Shown in pieces: positions 20,601 to 27,770 of a stretch of DNA of 64,000 bases (its first letter is position 1; every line of letters begins with the position of its first letter). Both the position numbers and the translations under genes were made by a program. The stretch lies in the IMG/VR virus record IMGVR_UViG_3300011269_000001, one strand, 5' to 3'. Below the pieces are notes generated by a model. It was not told the DNA's origin, ran no database searches, and saw only the letters and a program-made list of their open reading frames with translations. This DNA comes from a virus.

Positions 20601-21059
20601 GGTGCTGTACAGAAGGGTGATTTCGGTCTCGACCCAACAGGTCGTCCGGCAACTCTTCCTCCACGTGAGGCTCCGGCACAGAGACCGACTCGTCCTGCTT
20701 CTGAATTCAAACTTCCCCCGAAGCAAACATATACTACTCCTCCGGCTCTTCAAAGAAAGCCCCCGGTCCAAAAGGCCCTGGCAGCTGGGGCTGGCGGGGG
20801 CGCTGCACCCAGCGCTCAAACCGGCATGAGGCCAGCCGGTCAAGTAAGTCAGAGCAGTCGGCAAATCCTGAAGCATGGTGAGATGCCGGCTCATAAACCA
20901 GGAATCTTCGGCCGGATGAAAGACCGTCACCTGGCTCAGCCACCTGAGGATTTGAGTCACCTTAACGCACCGCCTCCGGCCAATGCACCACGAATTACAA
21001 GTCGTGCCCGGGCTGTCGGAGCAATACCTGCCGTTCAGAGTCCGGTGAAAGCGCCTTAA
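17619..21059 (+). CDS. Large putative head-internal protein: DUF3293-like N-terminus, HExxH domain, low-complexity C-terminal half
   Basis: FGIMSAE...GRYQEPERAY...FGQESV; IHELSHAL zincin motif; many K-[AS] motifs; internal CAATCTT, GAGGAG and in-frame GTG at 19023. Confidence 0.6.
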   Translation: MDSIAPQPQTQPLLGGGTFGIMSAEKPLYPSLAPHGHEALGKILKRHGLQFQETHGRYQEPERAYIIHGIQPDFLRYLGKLFGQESVVHSQDGQHRLIYTNGPHEGKYHPQDVQNPVEMFQDHPDDYYTHVPGQGYARINFDWNRLHPLVETGVRKDEYTIEEAVAILRKHFAHAKFQPHPHAYSWHDGHTDHHLEVNDPLGKADPVHPHMSQPEPPVAPKNFENEQAMAPGGATYHQFAAPYGQVTPAQQTNLRHYRYEGKLPQIEDLVKRHGYQTYYAGGRYGKPDLARKNYNTGHLMVYDPTPGSGGDFKDEEYNRGWRQIHELSHALTYPELNKIYGEGRRIGKLGTHRNLREALRAVHWEWLAAHKQRELSNQLGVPMSDEDFHRELNTVMHDAAHRAVTGQFTEPGGEGFTPHSHKIPLATALDMVRDHAVRLGLKGMEDTLKKPLLRSEQNTILKSNEETAVADEKTFSPEEVRNILLGFTQERIAKMEQSLVDLRQRELKKAVPPQSRTPGQTAVSSGIDDIPPGALEAAGRKSELEKVTPPGREEQVRKLKQKPGIDNPWAVAWSSYNKDKKKAEYSSEEYHKDEVSVSVSESSGESPEIRVRTKKTAQTDTHTGQMQAEAISLAEKEPRDRKAYLKSIAHSVRTHYATGAGPKRLQSQHSITPREFHEILSGTHTQKAEAGPSPHESMGAETGSGTLAASEKSVGEPMKKNITGPASPITSTAASLEPGGATGPFLAMAEKGPSSPEEHKLRIARQTGKMPKEMVGVMGGPSKEQAARTIAEDKAKRAKEAKKTELQGWKGHDKHNEVDKEGVLPKDAEPRLYQRDTATGSGGKIIDNRKNVGKTEPKAEKPNMPRDYTAAGVINARGAQKAEPPMAKPPSGKNPATNISASKPAAPKAGGMPAGGGGIKTGGMRMPGLRVNTGGVNIGGPMAMKSEAEMKKFIGGMSGSSGVSSPRLFSRPNKPFRQGVGPMQPTATQPAPAPGAVQKGDFGLDPTGRPATLPPREAPAQRPTRPASEFKLPPKQTYTTPPALQRKPPVQKALAAGAGGGAAPSAQTGMRPAGQVSQSSRQILKHGEMPAHKPGIFGRMKDRHLAQPPEDLSHLNAPPPANAPRITSRARAVGAIPAVQSPVKAP

Positions 21060-21088
21060 TCTTTATCATGCTGGGAGAAATGTAGACC

Positions 21089-23677
21089 ATGGCACAAAGC
21101 TTTATTACAGACCAAGGCACCCTGATAATCCCAGGCGGTTATCCGTCTATTCGAGTTCAGACCGCGGCCAGTGGTCTTGCGACCTCCGGCGTCATCATGC
21201 TCGTCGGCGAAGCTGACCAAGGCCCGGACTTTACGCTTGAAACAGACCTGGAGACAACCTCCGCCTTCGGTCCTGACCAGCTGTCCTCAGTGGTGGCGAA
21301 GTACAAGAGCGGCAACTTGGTTGATGGATTCCGTGCCGCTGCTCAGGCCTCGAACGACCCGCAGATTACCGGTGCTCCGTCCAGAATCATCCTCGTCAAG
21401 ACGAACCCCAGTACCAAAGCCAGTGCCACGGCCCTGACCTGGGGTGCGTTGACTTGGACCCTGGCTGACCGTAGCTTCGGCAAGCTCGGGAACCTCATCA
21501 GCTTTACTGTCACCGCGGCTACTTCCGAAGTTGTTCCCACGACCGGTTCCTTTACCTGGATTCCGAACGCCGGGACTACGGCATACAATGTCCGTATCAA
21601 CGGCGGTGCTGCACTGACCAGCGGTAACTTGGCTGCGAATACTTCTCCTGCTGCCTTCGTGGCGGCAATCGGTGGTCTTGCCGGTATCACGGCTATCGGC
21701 GGTGCTGACAGAGGCATTCTCGCAGCTGCTGCCGGAACCCTGGCAGTTGTAGCCAACCCCGGCGGTGCCGGTGTCACGGTTGTCACCGTCACCCGGAGCA
21801 TCAACTTCGACGTAATCCCGACGGCCGGCGATACAATGATTATCCCCCTCGGCTCTGTAATCGCCGGGGCCGGTAGCGCAAACGTCGGTGCATACGTTGT
21901 CACGGCTGCAACGGCAACGGTCATCACCGCACAAAAACTCAGTGACGCCGGTGCTGCGGCCCCGGTTCCTGGAACCATTACCAATCCCGTCAACGTGGCT
22001 GCGGCTGCTGTCGTGGCTACGACAGATGTTCAAGCCAAGGCTCCGGTTACGGTCAGCCTCGCGGCTGCAAATCCTGTCGACGGTATCGGCAAGTCTCTGG
22101 AAATCAGCGAACTGACGACCGGCACGGACCTGCTCAGTCGCAGCACCTTCGCTCTCGGCGTACTGCCTGTGACCTGGGTCAGTAAGGCCCTCAGCCCCCA
22201 GAACCTGGTCTCTGCGACCGAATACCGGGCTACTTATACCGGCAGCCGTCAGGTCGACAACGTCCTTGAGACCTTGACTGCGGGCGGCGAAATTGCCTTG
22301 CTGATGAGCTATAAGGGCACGACCGCCACTGTCACCATTACTGCCACAACCTTCAGCACCACGGTCACCGGCGGCACCGGTGCCGGCTTCAGTATCAACC
22401 TCAGGGATTACCCGACCATCAACGACCTGGTGAAGTTCATCAACGCCCAGACCGGTTATACGGCAGCAGTCGGTACCGCGGTCCTCGGACAGATTGTCCT
22501 CACGACCCCGGGTGCGAACATCGGCCAAGCTGCTCTGACGGCTCTCGACCAGGGTACCTTCGGCATCTGCTCGACCCAGGGTGTTCAAAACGGCCGCATC
22601 AAGATTGACAGCTTCCGGTTCTTCAACGCCATCAACAACAACAGCGTCCTACTGCAGACCGGCACGGGTCTCTTCCCGACGCAGGCGACTGCCGGCGTTC
22701 CTCAGCCCACGGCCCTGACCTTCTTGGCCGGTGGAGCCAAGGGTGGAACCACGGCCGTGAACTACAACGCGGCAATCGACGCCCTCCAGAAGGCCCGCGG
22801 AAACTTCGTCGTCCCCCTCATCAGCCGTGACGCGACACTGGATATTGCCGATGGTCTGACGGAAACGACCAGCACCTATACTATCGACGCGGCTAACGCG
22901 TATACGAATACTCACTGTCTGACAATGTCCACGCTGAAACGGCGTCGGAACCGTCAATGCTTCCTCAGCAAGGAAGATACGTTCCTGAACCAGAAGCTCG
23001 CGGCGGCAAACATCGCCAGCTTCCGGGCTGCGATGTGCTTCCAGGACCCGAAGGTCGTGGCAGCCAGCACCGGCAATATCACTCAGTTCCAGCCCTGGAT
23101 TACGGCCTGCGTTGCAGCCGGCATGCAAGCCGCTGGATTCCGTCTCGCCATCGTCAACAAACAGTTGAACATCTCCGGACTCGTGAACCGTGCCGGCGAC
23201 TTCAACGACAAAGACGACACCGCGATGGAAGACGCTCTGAACAACGGTCTGCTTCCTGCCCGTCGTGCCGTTACCGGTGGATTTACTTGGGTCAGCGACC
23301 AGACGACTTACGGTAAGGACAACAACTTCGTCTTCAATAGCATCCAGGCCGTGTATACGGCTGACGTCATCGCCCTGACCACTGCTCAACAGATGGAAGC
23401 CCAGATTGTCGGCCAGTCGGTCGCTGATATCAGCGCCCCGATTGCACTGTCTATGCTGGAAGCCATCATGGGGAACTTCCTCCGGCTCAAGCTCATTGCC
23501 CCCAGCGATGATGCCCCGAAGGGTTTCAAGAACGCAGCCGTGGCCATCATCGGCGGCAAGGCTCTCCGTGTGGACGTGGAAATCAAGCTCGCGACGGCAA
23601 TCTACTTCGTGCCTATCAGCTTCCTGGTCAGTCCAGTGAATCAATCGGCCGGCTCCAGCAGCGGACCTACGAGATAA
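21089..23677 (+). CDS. Tail sheath protein
   Basis: N-terminal IIPGGYPSI...LVGEADQGP; C-terminal sheath domain (WVSDQTTY...NSIQ...AIYFVPI); LAGGAKG motif; directly upstream of the tube gene. Confidence 0.9.
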   Translation: MAQSFITDQGTLIIPGGYPSIRVQTAASGLATSGVIMLVGEADQGPDFTLETDLETTSAFGPDQLSSVVAKYKSGNLVDGFRAAAQASNDPQITGAPSRIILVKTNPSTKASATALTWGALTWTLADRSFGKLGNLISFTVTAATSEVVPTTGSFTWIPNAGTTAYNVRINGGAALTSGNLAANTSPAAFVAAIGGLAGITAIGGADRGILAAAAGTLAVVANPGGAGVTVVTVTRSINFDVIPTAGDTMIIPLGSVIAGAGSANVGAYVVTAATATVITAQKLSDAGAAAPVPGTITNPVNVAAAAVVATTDVQAKAPVTVSLAAANPVDGIGKSLEISELTTGTDLLSRSTFALGVLPVTWVSKALSPQNLVSATEYRATYTGSRQVDNVLETLTAGGEIALLMSYKGTTATVTITATTFSTTVTGGTGAGFSINLRDYPTINDLVKFINAQTGYTAAVGTAVLGQIVLTTPGANIGQAALTALDQGTFGICSTQGVQNGRIKIDSFRFFNAINNNSVLLQTGTGLFPTQATAGVPQPTALTFLAGGAKGGTTAVNYNAAIDALQKARGNFVVPLISRDATLDIADGLTETTSTYTIDAANAYTNTHCLTMSTLKRRRNRQCFLSKEDTFLNQKLAAANIASFRAAMCFQDPKVVAASTGNITQFQPWITACVAAGMQAAGFRLAIVNKQLNISGLVNRAGDFNDKDDTAMEDALNNGLLPARRAVTGGFTWVSDQTTYGKDNNFVFNSIQAVYTADVIALTTAQQMEAQIVGQSVADISAPIALSMLEAIMGNFLRLKLIAPSDDAPKGFKNAAVAIIGGKALRVDVEIKLATAIYFVPISFLVSPVNQSAGSSSGPTR

Positions 23678-23695
23678 GTGAAGGGGTAAGATAAA

Positions 23696-24169
23696 ATGGC
23701 TCCACCGAAAGTCCTACATGGTGCCCGCGCACAGCTGATGATTGTCGACCCGAATACCGGGGACAGCAAAGTCGTGGGCATCTTCAACAACGTCTCGTAC
23801 AGTCTCATCTACGACGCGCAGCCAGTTTTTATCCTCGGTCGCTTCAGCGCCGCGGAAATTGGTTACACGGCGATGGAACCGATTCAAGTCACGGCCACAG
23901 GCTGGAGAGTTGTGAATGCCGGCCCGCATCGGGTCGCGAAAGTCCCCCGGCTACAAGACCTCATCCGCCACGAGTACTGCGAATTGGCTCTCTTTGACCG
24001 CCAGACGAACCAACGCGTGGCCAAGATTCACGGCCTCCGACCGACTGGGTATTCAACGACGGTCACGTCCCGTCAGTTGGAAGAGATTACCGTTACATGG
24101 ATGGGTCTGTTACTTGACGACGAGGACACGGACAACGTCGAGGGCACCGGCGCAAGCGACTTACCGTAA
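23696..24169 (+). CDS. Tail tube protein
   Basis: 157 aa beta-rich ORF immediately after the sheath (VGIFNNVSY...PVFILGRFSAAEI). Confidence 0.8.
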   Translation: MAPPKVLHGARAQLMIVDPNTGDSKVVGIFNNVSYSLIYDAQPVFILGRFSAAEIGYTAMEPIQVTATGWRVVNAGPHRVAKVPRLQDLIRHEYCELALFDRQTNQRVAKIHGLRPTGYSTTVTSRQLEEITVTWMGLLLDDEDTDNVEGTGASDLP

Positions 24170-24173
24170 AATT

Positions 24174-24213
24174 AAGAGAAAGGCATTCAAATAGTCTTGA
24201 ATGCCTTTCTCTT
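24174..24213. terminator. Probably bidirectional intrinsic terminator
   Basis: Perfect 17-bp inverted repeat AAGAGAAAGGCATTCAA/TTGAATGCCTTTCTCTT with 6-nt loop, between the convergent tube gene and repeat array. Confidence 0.85.
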
Positions 24214-24215
24214 TT

Positions 24216-24478
24216 ACCATGCTAAGTCCGGGCCACGCCGGGCCGCTCCTCACCGAACCCTGCTCCGCCTAGCCTGCTTTGATGTGCTTCGCCTTGCTTT
24301 GCCCTACCAAGCCAGGCCGCGCCTTGCCTTGCCTGCTTTGATTTGCCCTGCTCAGCCTAGCCTAGCTGCTCCTAGCCGGGCCAAGCCTGCTTTGCTAGTC
24401 CTTGCCCTGCCTGCTTTGTCATTGCTCTGCTCGACCACGCCATGCCTTACCCGACCGCGCCACGCCCGGCCTGCTTTG
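24216..24478 (-). repeat. Non-CRISPR putative guide-RNA array: 5 units of CAAAGCAGGC plus (NN-GGY/AGC/GGA)n
   Basis: GCCTGCTTTG on + at 24272, 24331, 24385, 24409 and 24469; strict 5-nt periodicity between them. Confidence 0.85.
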
Positions 24479-24482
24479 AAAA

Positions 24483-24932
24483 CTACTTTTGTGACTTCCG
24501 AGACTGCAACGACTTCCGTGCCTTTGCTACTTCCTGTCGAATTGCGGCAAGTTCCTTCAGAGTCTTATACTTCTCACCAGCTCGTTCGTATTCCTCCAAT
24601 GCTTGAGCCAGGAATGCCGCCCGTTTCTGCGCGTTGCTCAAGACGCTAACAAGTGTGACGTATCCTTCCTTTCCACGGGAGACGATTGGTGATACATAGG
24701 TTTGTTCTTCTCTGCCGTCAGGGTAGGTGACCCGAACTTCCGTGATGATTTCTCGGGCCTGCCAGAGTCTGTACTCGCGACCGGCAACAGTATCATCCCA
24801 CTCGAATCTGGAGTGCAGGGCACTGTCAGGATGACTTTCTGCCCAATCCACGACAACCTCGGGCTTGAGGCCACCATGTTTTTCGTAGAGCTTAGATAGC
24901 TCATCTACAATGGCTTGCGATTTCTTGTTCAT
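24483..24932 (-). CDS. Accessory protein of the RAMP/array cassette (all-helical, unknown function)
   Basis: GAGGAG RBS, ATGA overlap with the RAMP-like gene; LKPEVVVDWA..PDSALHSRFEWDDTVAGREYRLWQAREII motif. Confidence 0.75.
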   Translation of the reverse strand: MNKKSQAIVDELSKLYEKHGGLKPEVVVDWAESHPDSALHSRFEWDDTVAGREYRLWQAREIITEVRVTYPDGREEQTYVSPIVSRGKEGYVTLVSVLSNAQKRAAFLAQALEEYERAGEKYKTLKELAAIRQEVAKARKSLQSRKSQK

Positions 24933-25582
24933 TTTGTCTCCTCTGTTTTTGCGATTCTGAAAGTGCCCCAACCCATGCCGGCTGAGTCTGTGGAATCGGG
25001 ACGGCCGGCGCCGATACCGACCTGCATACCCATTCGTGCAAGTAGATTTGTCACGTCGGTCAAAGTGAATTGGTCCGCGTCATAACAAATCTTCGGATTT
25101 GCTTCCCAGCCCTCGGTCCACATGGGTCTTGGTCTGATGTCAGCAACACCCGTCTCATTACGAACGGCGAAGTCTGTGCGGATTGGCTCGCCTTTAGTAA
25201 TCTTGACCAGGGGTTGAATCCCGAACCGGTCTCGTTCGTAGCCATCAGGCACCACGAAGATACTGAGCTTGGCGAGAGTCATTTTGAAATTCACTAGCCG
25301 ACAGGTAGAAATCAGCCCTCCCCGAAATGCGCTGGCCGGAATTCCTGCCCAGCCTTCTTCAGAGAAGTGGGTTGCTTCTTTGAAGCAAAGGTCGAAATCT
25401 TTTGCCTCTCTTTTGCCCTTCTTGGCTGTACTGCCTGCCGCTTGAGTTTTGGCCATACCTTCTAGGGCCCGTTGAGAAAACTTGTTCTGAACCATCGGGG
25501 CGGTACCGATGATTTTGAACGCTGCGGTTAACAGATTGGGAGGGGTAATCGCAACGGCTTCGCTCTTGTTTTTGAATGCCAT
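24929..25582 (-). CDS. Stand-alone Cas7/RAMP-superfamily-like protein
   Basis: KIIGTAPMV first strand, GIPASAFRGGL (RAMP IP.S..KG..), thumb-like region VRNETGVADIRPRP, C-terminal G-rich loop GIGAGRP...GMGWGTF. Confidence 0.8.
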   Translation of the reverse strand: MAFKNKSEAVAITPPNLLTAAFKIIGTAPMVQNKFSQRALEGMAKTQAAGSTAKKGKREAKDFDLCFKEATHFSEEGWAGIPASAFRGGLISTCRLVNFKMTLAKLSIFVVPDGYERDRFGIQPLVKITKGEPIRTDFAVRNETGVADIRPRPMWTEGWEANPKICYDADQFTLTDVTNLLARMGMQVGIGAGRPDSTDSAGMGWGTFRIAKTEETK

Positions 25583-25608
25583 TTCAGTTGGCTCCTTTGA
25601 TTTTTAGG

Positions 25609-25647
25609 ATACTAACACAGTCCCAAACGGAAATCAACTGTGATTTC
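25609..25647 (-). promoter_or_regulatory. Sigma70-like promoter of the RAMP cassette with overlapping palindrome
   Basis: TTGATT-17 nt-TAGTAT with TG extension; GAAATCA-ACTG-TGATTTC inverted repeat (25630-25647) covers the -35. Confidence 0.6.
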
Positions 25648-25934
25648 AAAACGATAGAGCATCGGCTTTTTACGGCAGTGCTCTACCATTTTTTCAGCAA
25701 CGGTTTCGATGAGATGCAAAGGACAGCTGAAAAGAAACGGTTGAAAGAAACAGCCTCAAAACTTCTTCACGACCGACTCGGGGAATTAGGGCTTACTCTT
25801 GGCCCGGACCTGTTCACGGACATTGAGAAGCGGTAAGCCAGCGTCGATGCCAGTTCCGGTGGACCTTCAGTGCCCGCCGGCTCCCGAACAAGCGCTCACA
25901 ATCCAGGCATTGTCGCCCACGGCCCGTGCGCCTT

Positions 25935-26303
25935 TCAGCCTGACCCTCCGGATGCGCTTGCTTTCCGGAAGTGCCAGACAAGCTTGCGCAGCCGTGCCTC
26001 AGTACTGGGTTCAATTCCCAGTGCCAGCAATGCCCCGACCTCGGGTTCATAGACACCGGTGATTCTGACGTACTTAATCCCACGCCTGTCAAGTGCCGTA
26101 GCCAATAATTCCATTGGCCCGGCTTCGGCTTGGAGGGCAATGAATGCAGTCCTGGAATCAGGAGCCAGGCCAAGGACACCAGACTCTCCGGCGGCATGGC
26201 CTATCATCACCATCTTCATCTCAGGTGCGAGGTCTTCGCGGACCAGGCAATAGTGCCTTGCCTCCCGGCTGCCCTCGCCCTTTTCAGCAGGTACCGTTCC
26301 CAT
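25935..26303 (-). CDS. Peptidyl-tRNA hydrolase 2 (Pth2)-like protein
   Basis: YCLVREDL...IGHAA, IAL.A...LL, YVRI...EP...ALGIEP pattern of the Pth2 fold. Confidence 0.6.
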   Translation of the reverse strand: MGTVPAEKGEGSREARHYCLVREDLAPEMKMVMIGHAAGESGVLGLAPDSRTAFIALQAEAGPMELLATALDRRGIKYVRITGVYEPEVGALLALGIEPSTEARLRKLVWHFRKASASGGSG

Positions 26304-26304
26304 T

Positions 26305-26487
26305 TTACCGCCCTCCGGGTAGCCAGGTCCCCACGATGGTCTCGAACATCATCTTCTCCCGGAGCGCTTCGCCTTTCATCATCAGCGCCGCAAACTTGTT
26401 GGATTCCTCTCGTAGACGTTCGTTCTCTAGGGTGAGCCTTTGGTTCTCCAGTCGAAGACTTCGAAGCTCATATCGAAGCTCATCCAT
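26305..26487 (-). CDS. Small coiled-coil hypothetical protein
   Basis: GGAG RBS; heptads. Confidence 0.45.
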   Translation of the reverse strand: MDELRYELRSLRLENQRLTLENERLREESNKFAALMMKGEALREKMMFETIVGTWLPGGR

Positions 26488-26770
26488 TGCTGGCTCCTGC
26501 CTGCGACTTCATGAAGTTGTCGTAGAGGTCCCGGACGGCCTTGTTGGTATCGAAGAGAACTTTGAAATCTGGATTTGGGTCGATATCCGACTTAATTTTT
26601 TTGGCAGTATGCGCGCCGTACCTTTTGACAAGGTCAGATTTTTCTTTCTCTTCTGCCCCATAGTGCAAAGTCACTTCGAGAAGAACGCCGGTCAACCGCC
26701 AGACAGCCACCCGTGGTCCGACCGTATTCAACTCTCTGATGAACGCGTCTTCGATTGTCTGGAAGTCCAT
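26480..26770 (-). CDS. Hypothetical protein
   Basis: Operon position. Confidence 0.5.
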   Translation of the reverse strand: MDFQTIEDAFIRELNTVGPRVAVWRLTGVLLEVTLHYGAEEKEKSDLVKRYGAHTAKKIKSDIDPNPDFKVLFDTNKAVRDLYDNFMKSQAGASNG

Positions 26771-26773
26771 TTA

Positions 26774-27457
26774 TTAGTCCTTTTCTATAGCGGCCCCGTC
26801 GGGGGTGAATTTTACCAAGATGAAATCGCTTTCGCCGGCGCCGTTTTTTGGAAAGACCCGATAACTGTTCTTTGAATGAGGCTCGATTACCATCAACCGT
26901 CCGGGTCCATAATACCTAATCAGCTCATCCCGTTTGAGGCCCGGCTCCGAAGCTCCGACGCGGTATCCGGTGCTGCATTCGATGCCCAGGTTTCTGTCGG
27001 TGGCCCATCCCAACACTTCTTCAATTGACATAACCCGACTCCATCCGGGAAGTCCGATATTGGGGGCAAGGGCACCGTGATGGTCCATCCTGGAAAGGTC
27101 GACTCGGAGTCGAGTCACTTCTTCGAGCAGGTCATCGAAGATGGCACTGTGGAGGTAGACCCGATTGTACTCCCGAGCCCACTTGCACCAGTCCGGGCTG
27201 AAGCGTTCCGGCGGCCAATTTCTCATGATGCGCTGCCACTCGGCTTCTTCTACTTCCTTGGATATTGAATCCGTGGCCTTTAAGCGTATTGTCCGGAGGA
27301 ACGAGCCGTGAATAGCAAGCTTGGCATCTACTATCGGCCAACAATCCTTGCCGGACAGGTCCACCAAAGTCCCGAGGAGATTTTCAATCAGCCGGACGGA
27401 TTCTACTGGACCGACCTTGAGCAATTCATCGACGTACGCGCTTTCGACTGTTTTCAT
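26774..27457 (-). CDS. Hypothetical protein
   Basis: 227 aa ORF with GGAG RBS. Confidence 0.5.
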   Translation of the reverse strand: MKTVESAYVDELLKVGPVESVRLIENLLGTLVDLSGKDCWPIVDAKLAIHGSFLRTIRLKATDSISKEVEEAEWQRIMRNWPPERFSPDWCKWAREYNRVYLHSAIFDDLLEEVTRLRVDLSRMDHHGALAPNIGLPGWSRVMSIEEVLGWATDRNLGIECSTGYRVGASEPGLKRDELIRYYGPGRLMVIEPHSKNSYRVFPKNGAGESDFILVKFTPDGAAIEKD

Positions 27458-27462
27458 TGTCT

Positions 27463-27717
27463 CTACTCCCTATACTTGCTATCTTGTAACTCAATCCAAT
27501 GGTCGCCGTCTGTGGCTTTTTTGATTTTGACAAAGCTATGGATTCTCACAGCTGCTGGCAGGCTTTCGCGCGTGAGTGGTTCTTGTCCGGAGCCGTTGAC
27601 CAGCCGTACCAACAGGTCGTAGCTTTCCCGGCTGGCATGGCGGTCATGGACCTTGAGCACAAGTACGGTTGTGGAAATAAGAATAGCCACCACCTGGAGA
27701 GTCAGGGCCAAGTCCAT
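27463..27717 (-). CDS. Small membrane-anchored hypothetical protein
   Basis: N-terminal hydrophobic helix; AAGGA RBS. Confidence 0.45.
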   Translation of the reverse strand: MDLALTLQVVAILISTTVLVLKVHDRHASRESYDLLVRLVNGSGQEPLTRESLPAAVRIHSFVKIKKATDGDHWIELQDSKYRE

Positions 27718-27770
27718 TTATGCTGGTCCTTTCTTTGGACATTGCGCCCACGAACACAGGCAATGATGTG

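Noticed and set aside
21287-23644. Long antisense ORFs (433 and 331 aa) opposite the sheath, and similar ones opposite the helicase, RtcB and baseplate genes
   Set aside because: Shadow ORFs from GC-biased codon usage; no motifs or RBS.
24216-24478. Canonical CRISPR or TIGR array
   Set aside because: The constant repeat is only 10 nt, the spacers are internally periodic, spacing is uneven (60/24/54/59), and no box C/D motifs or Nop-domain gene are seen.
24197-24649. 150-aa + strand ORF spanning the array
   Set aside because: Low-complexity translation of the repeat's antisense strand; it starts inside the terminator hairpin and overlaps a real gene.
26004-26022. CTGGGTTCAATTCCCAGT identical to the tRNA-Ala T-arm
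   Set aside because: It is antisense to the ALGIEPS codons of the Pth2-like gene, and no convincing acceptor or anticodon arm forms around it.
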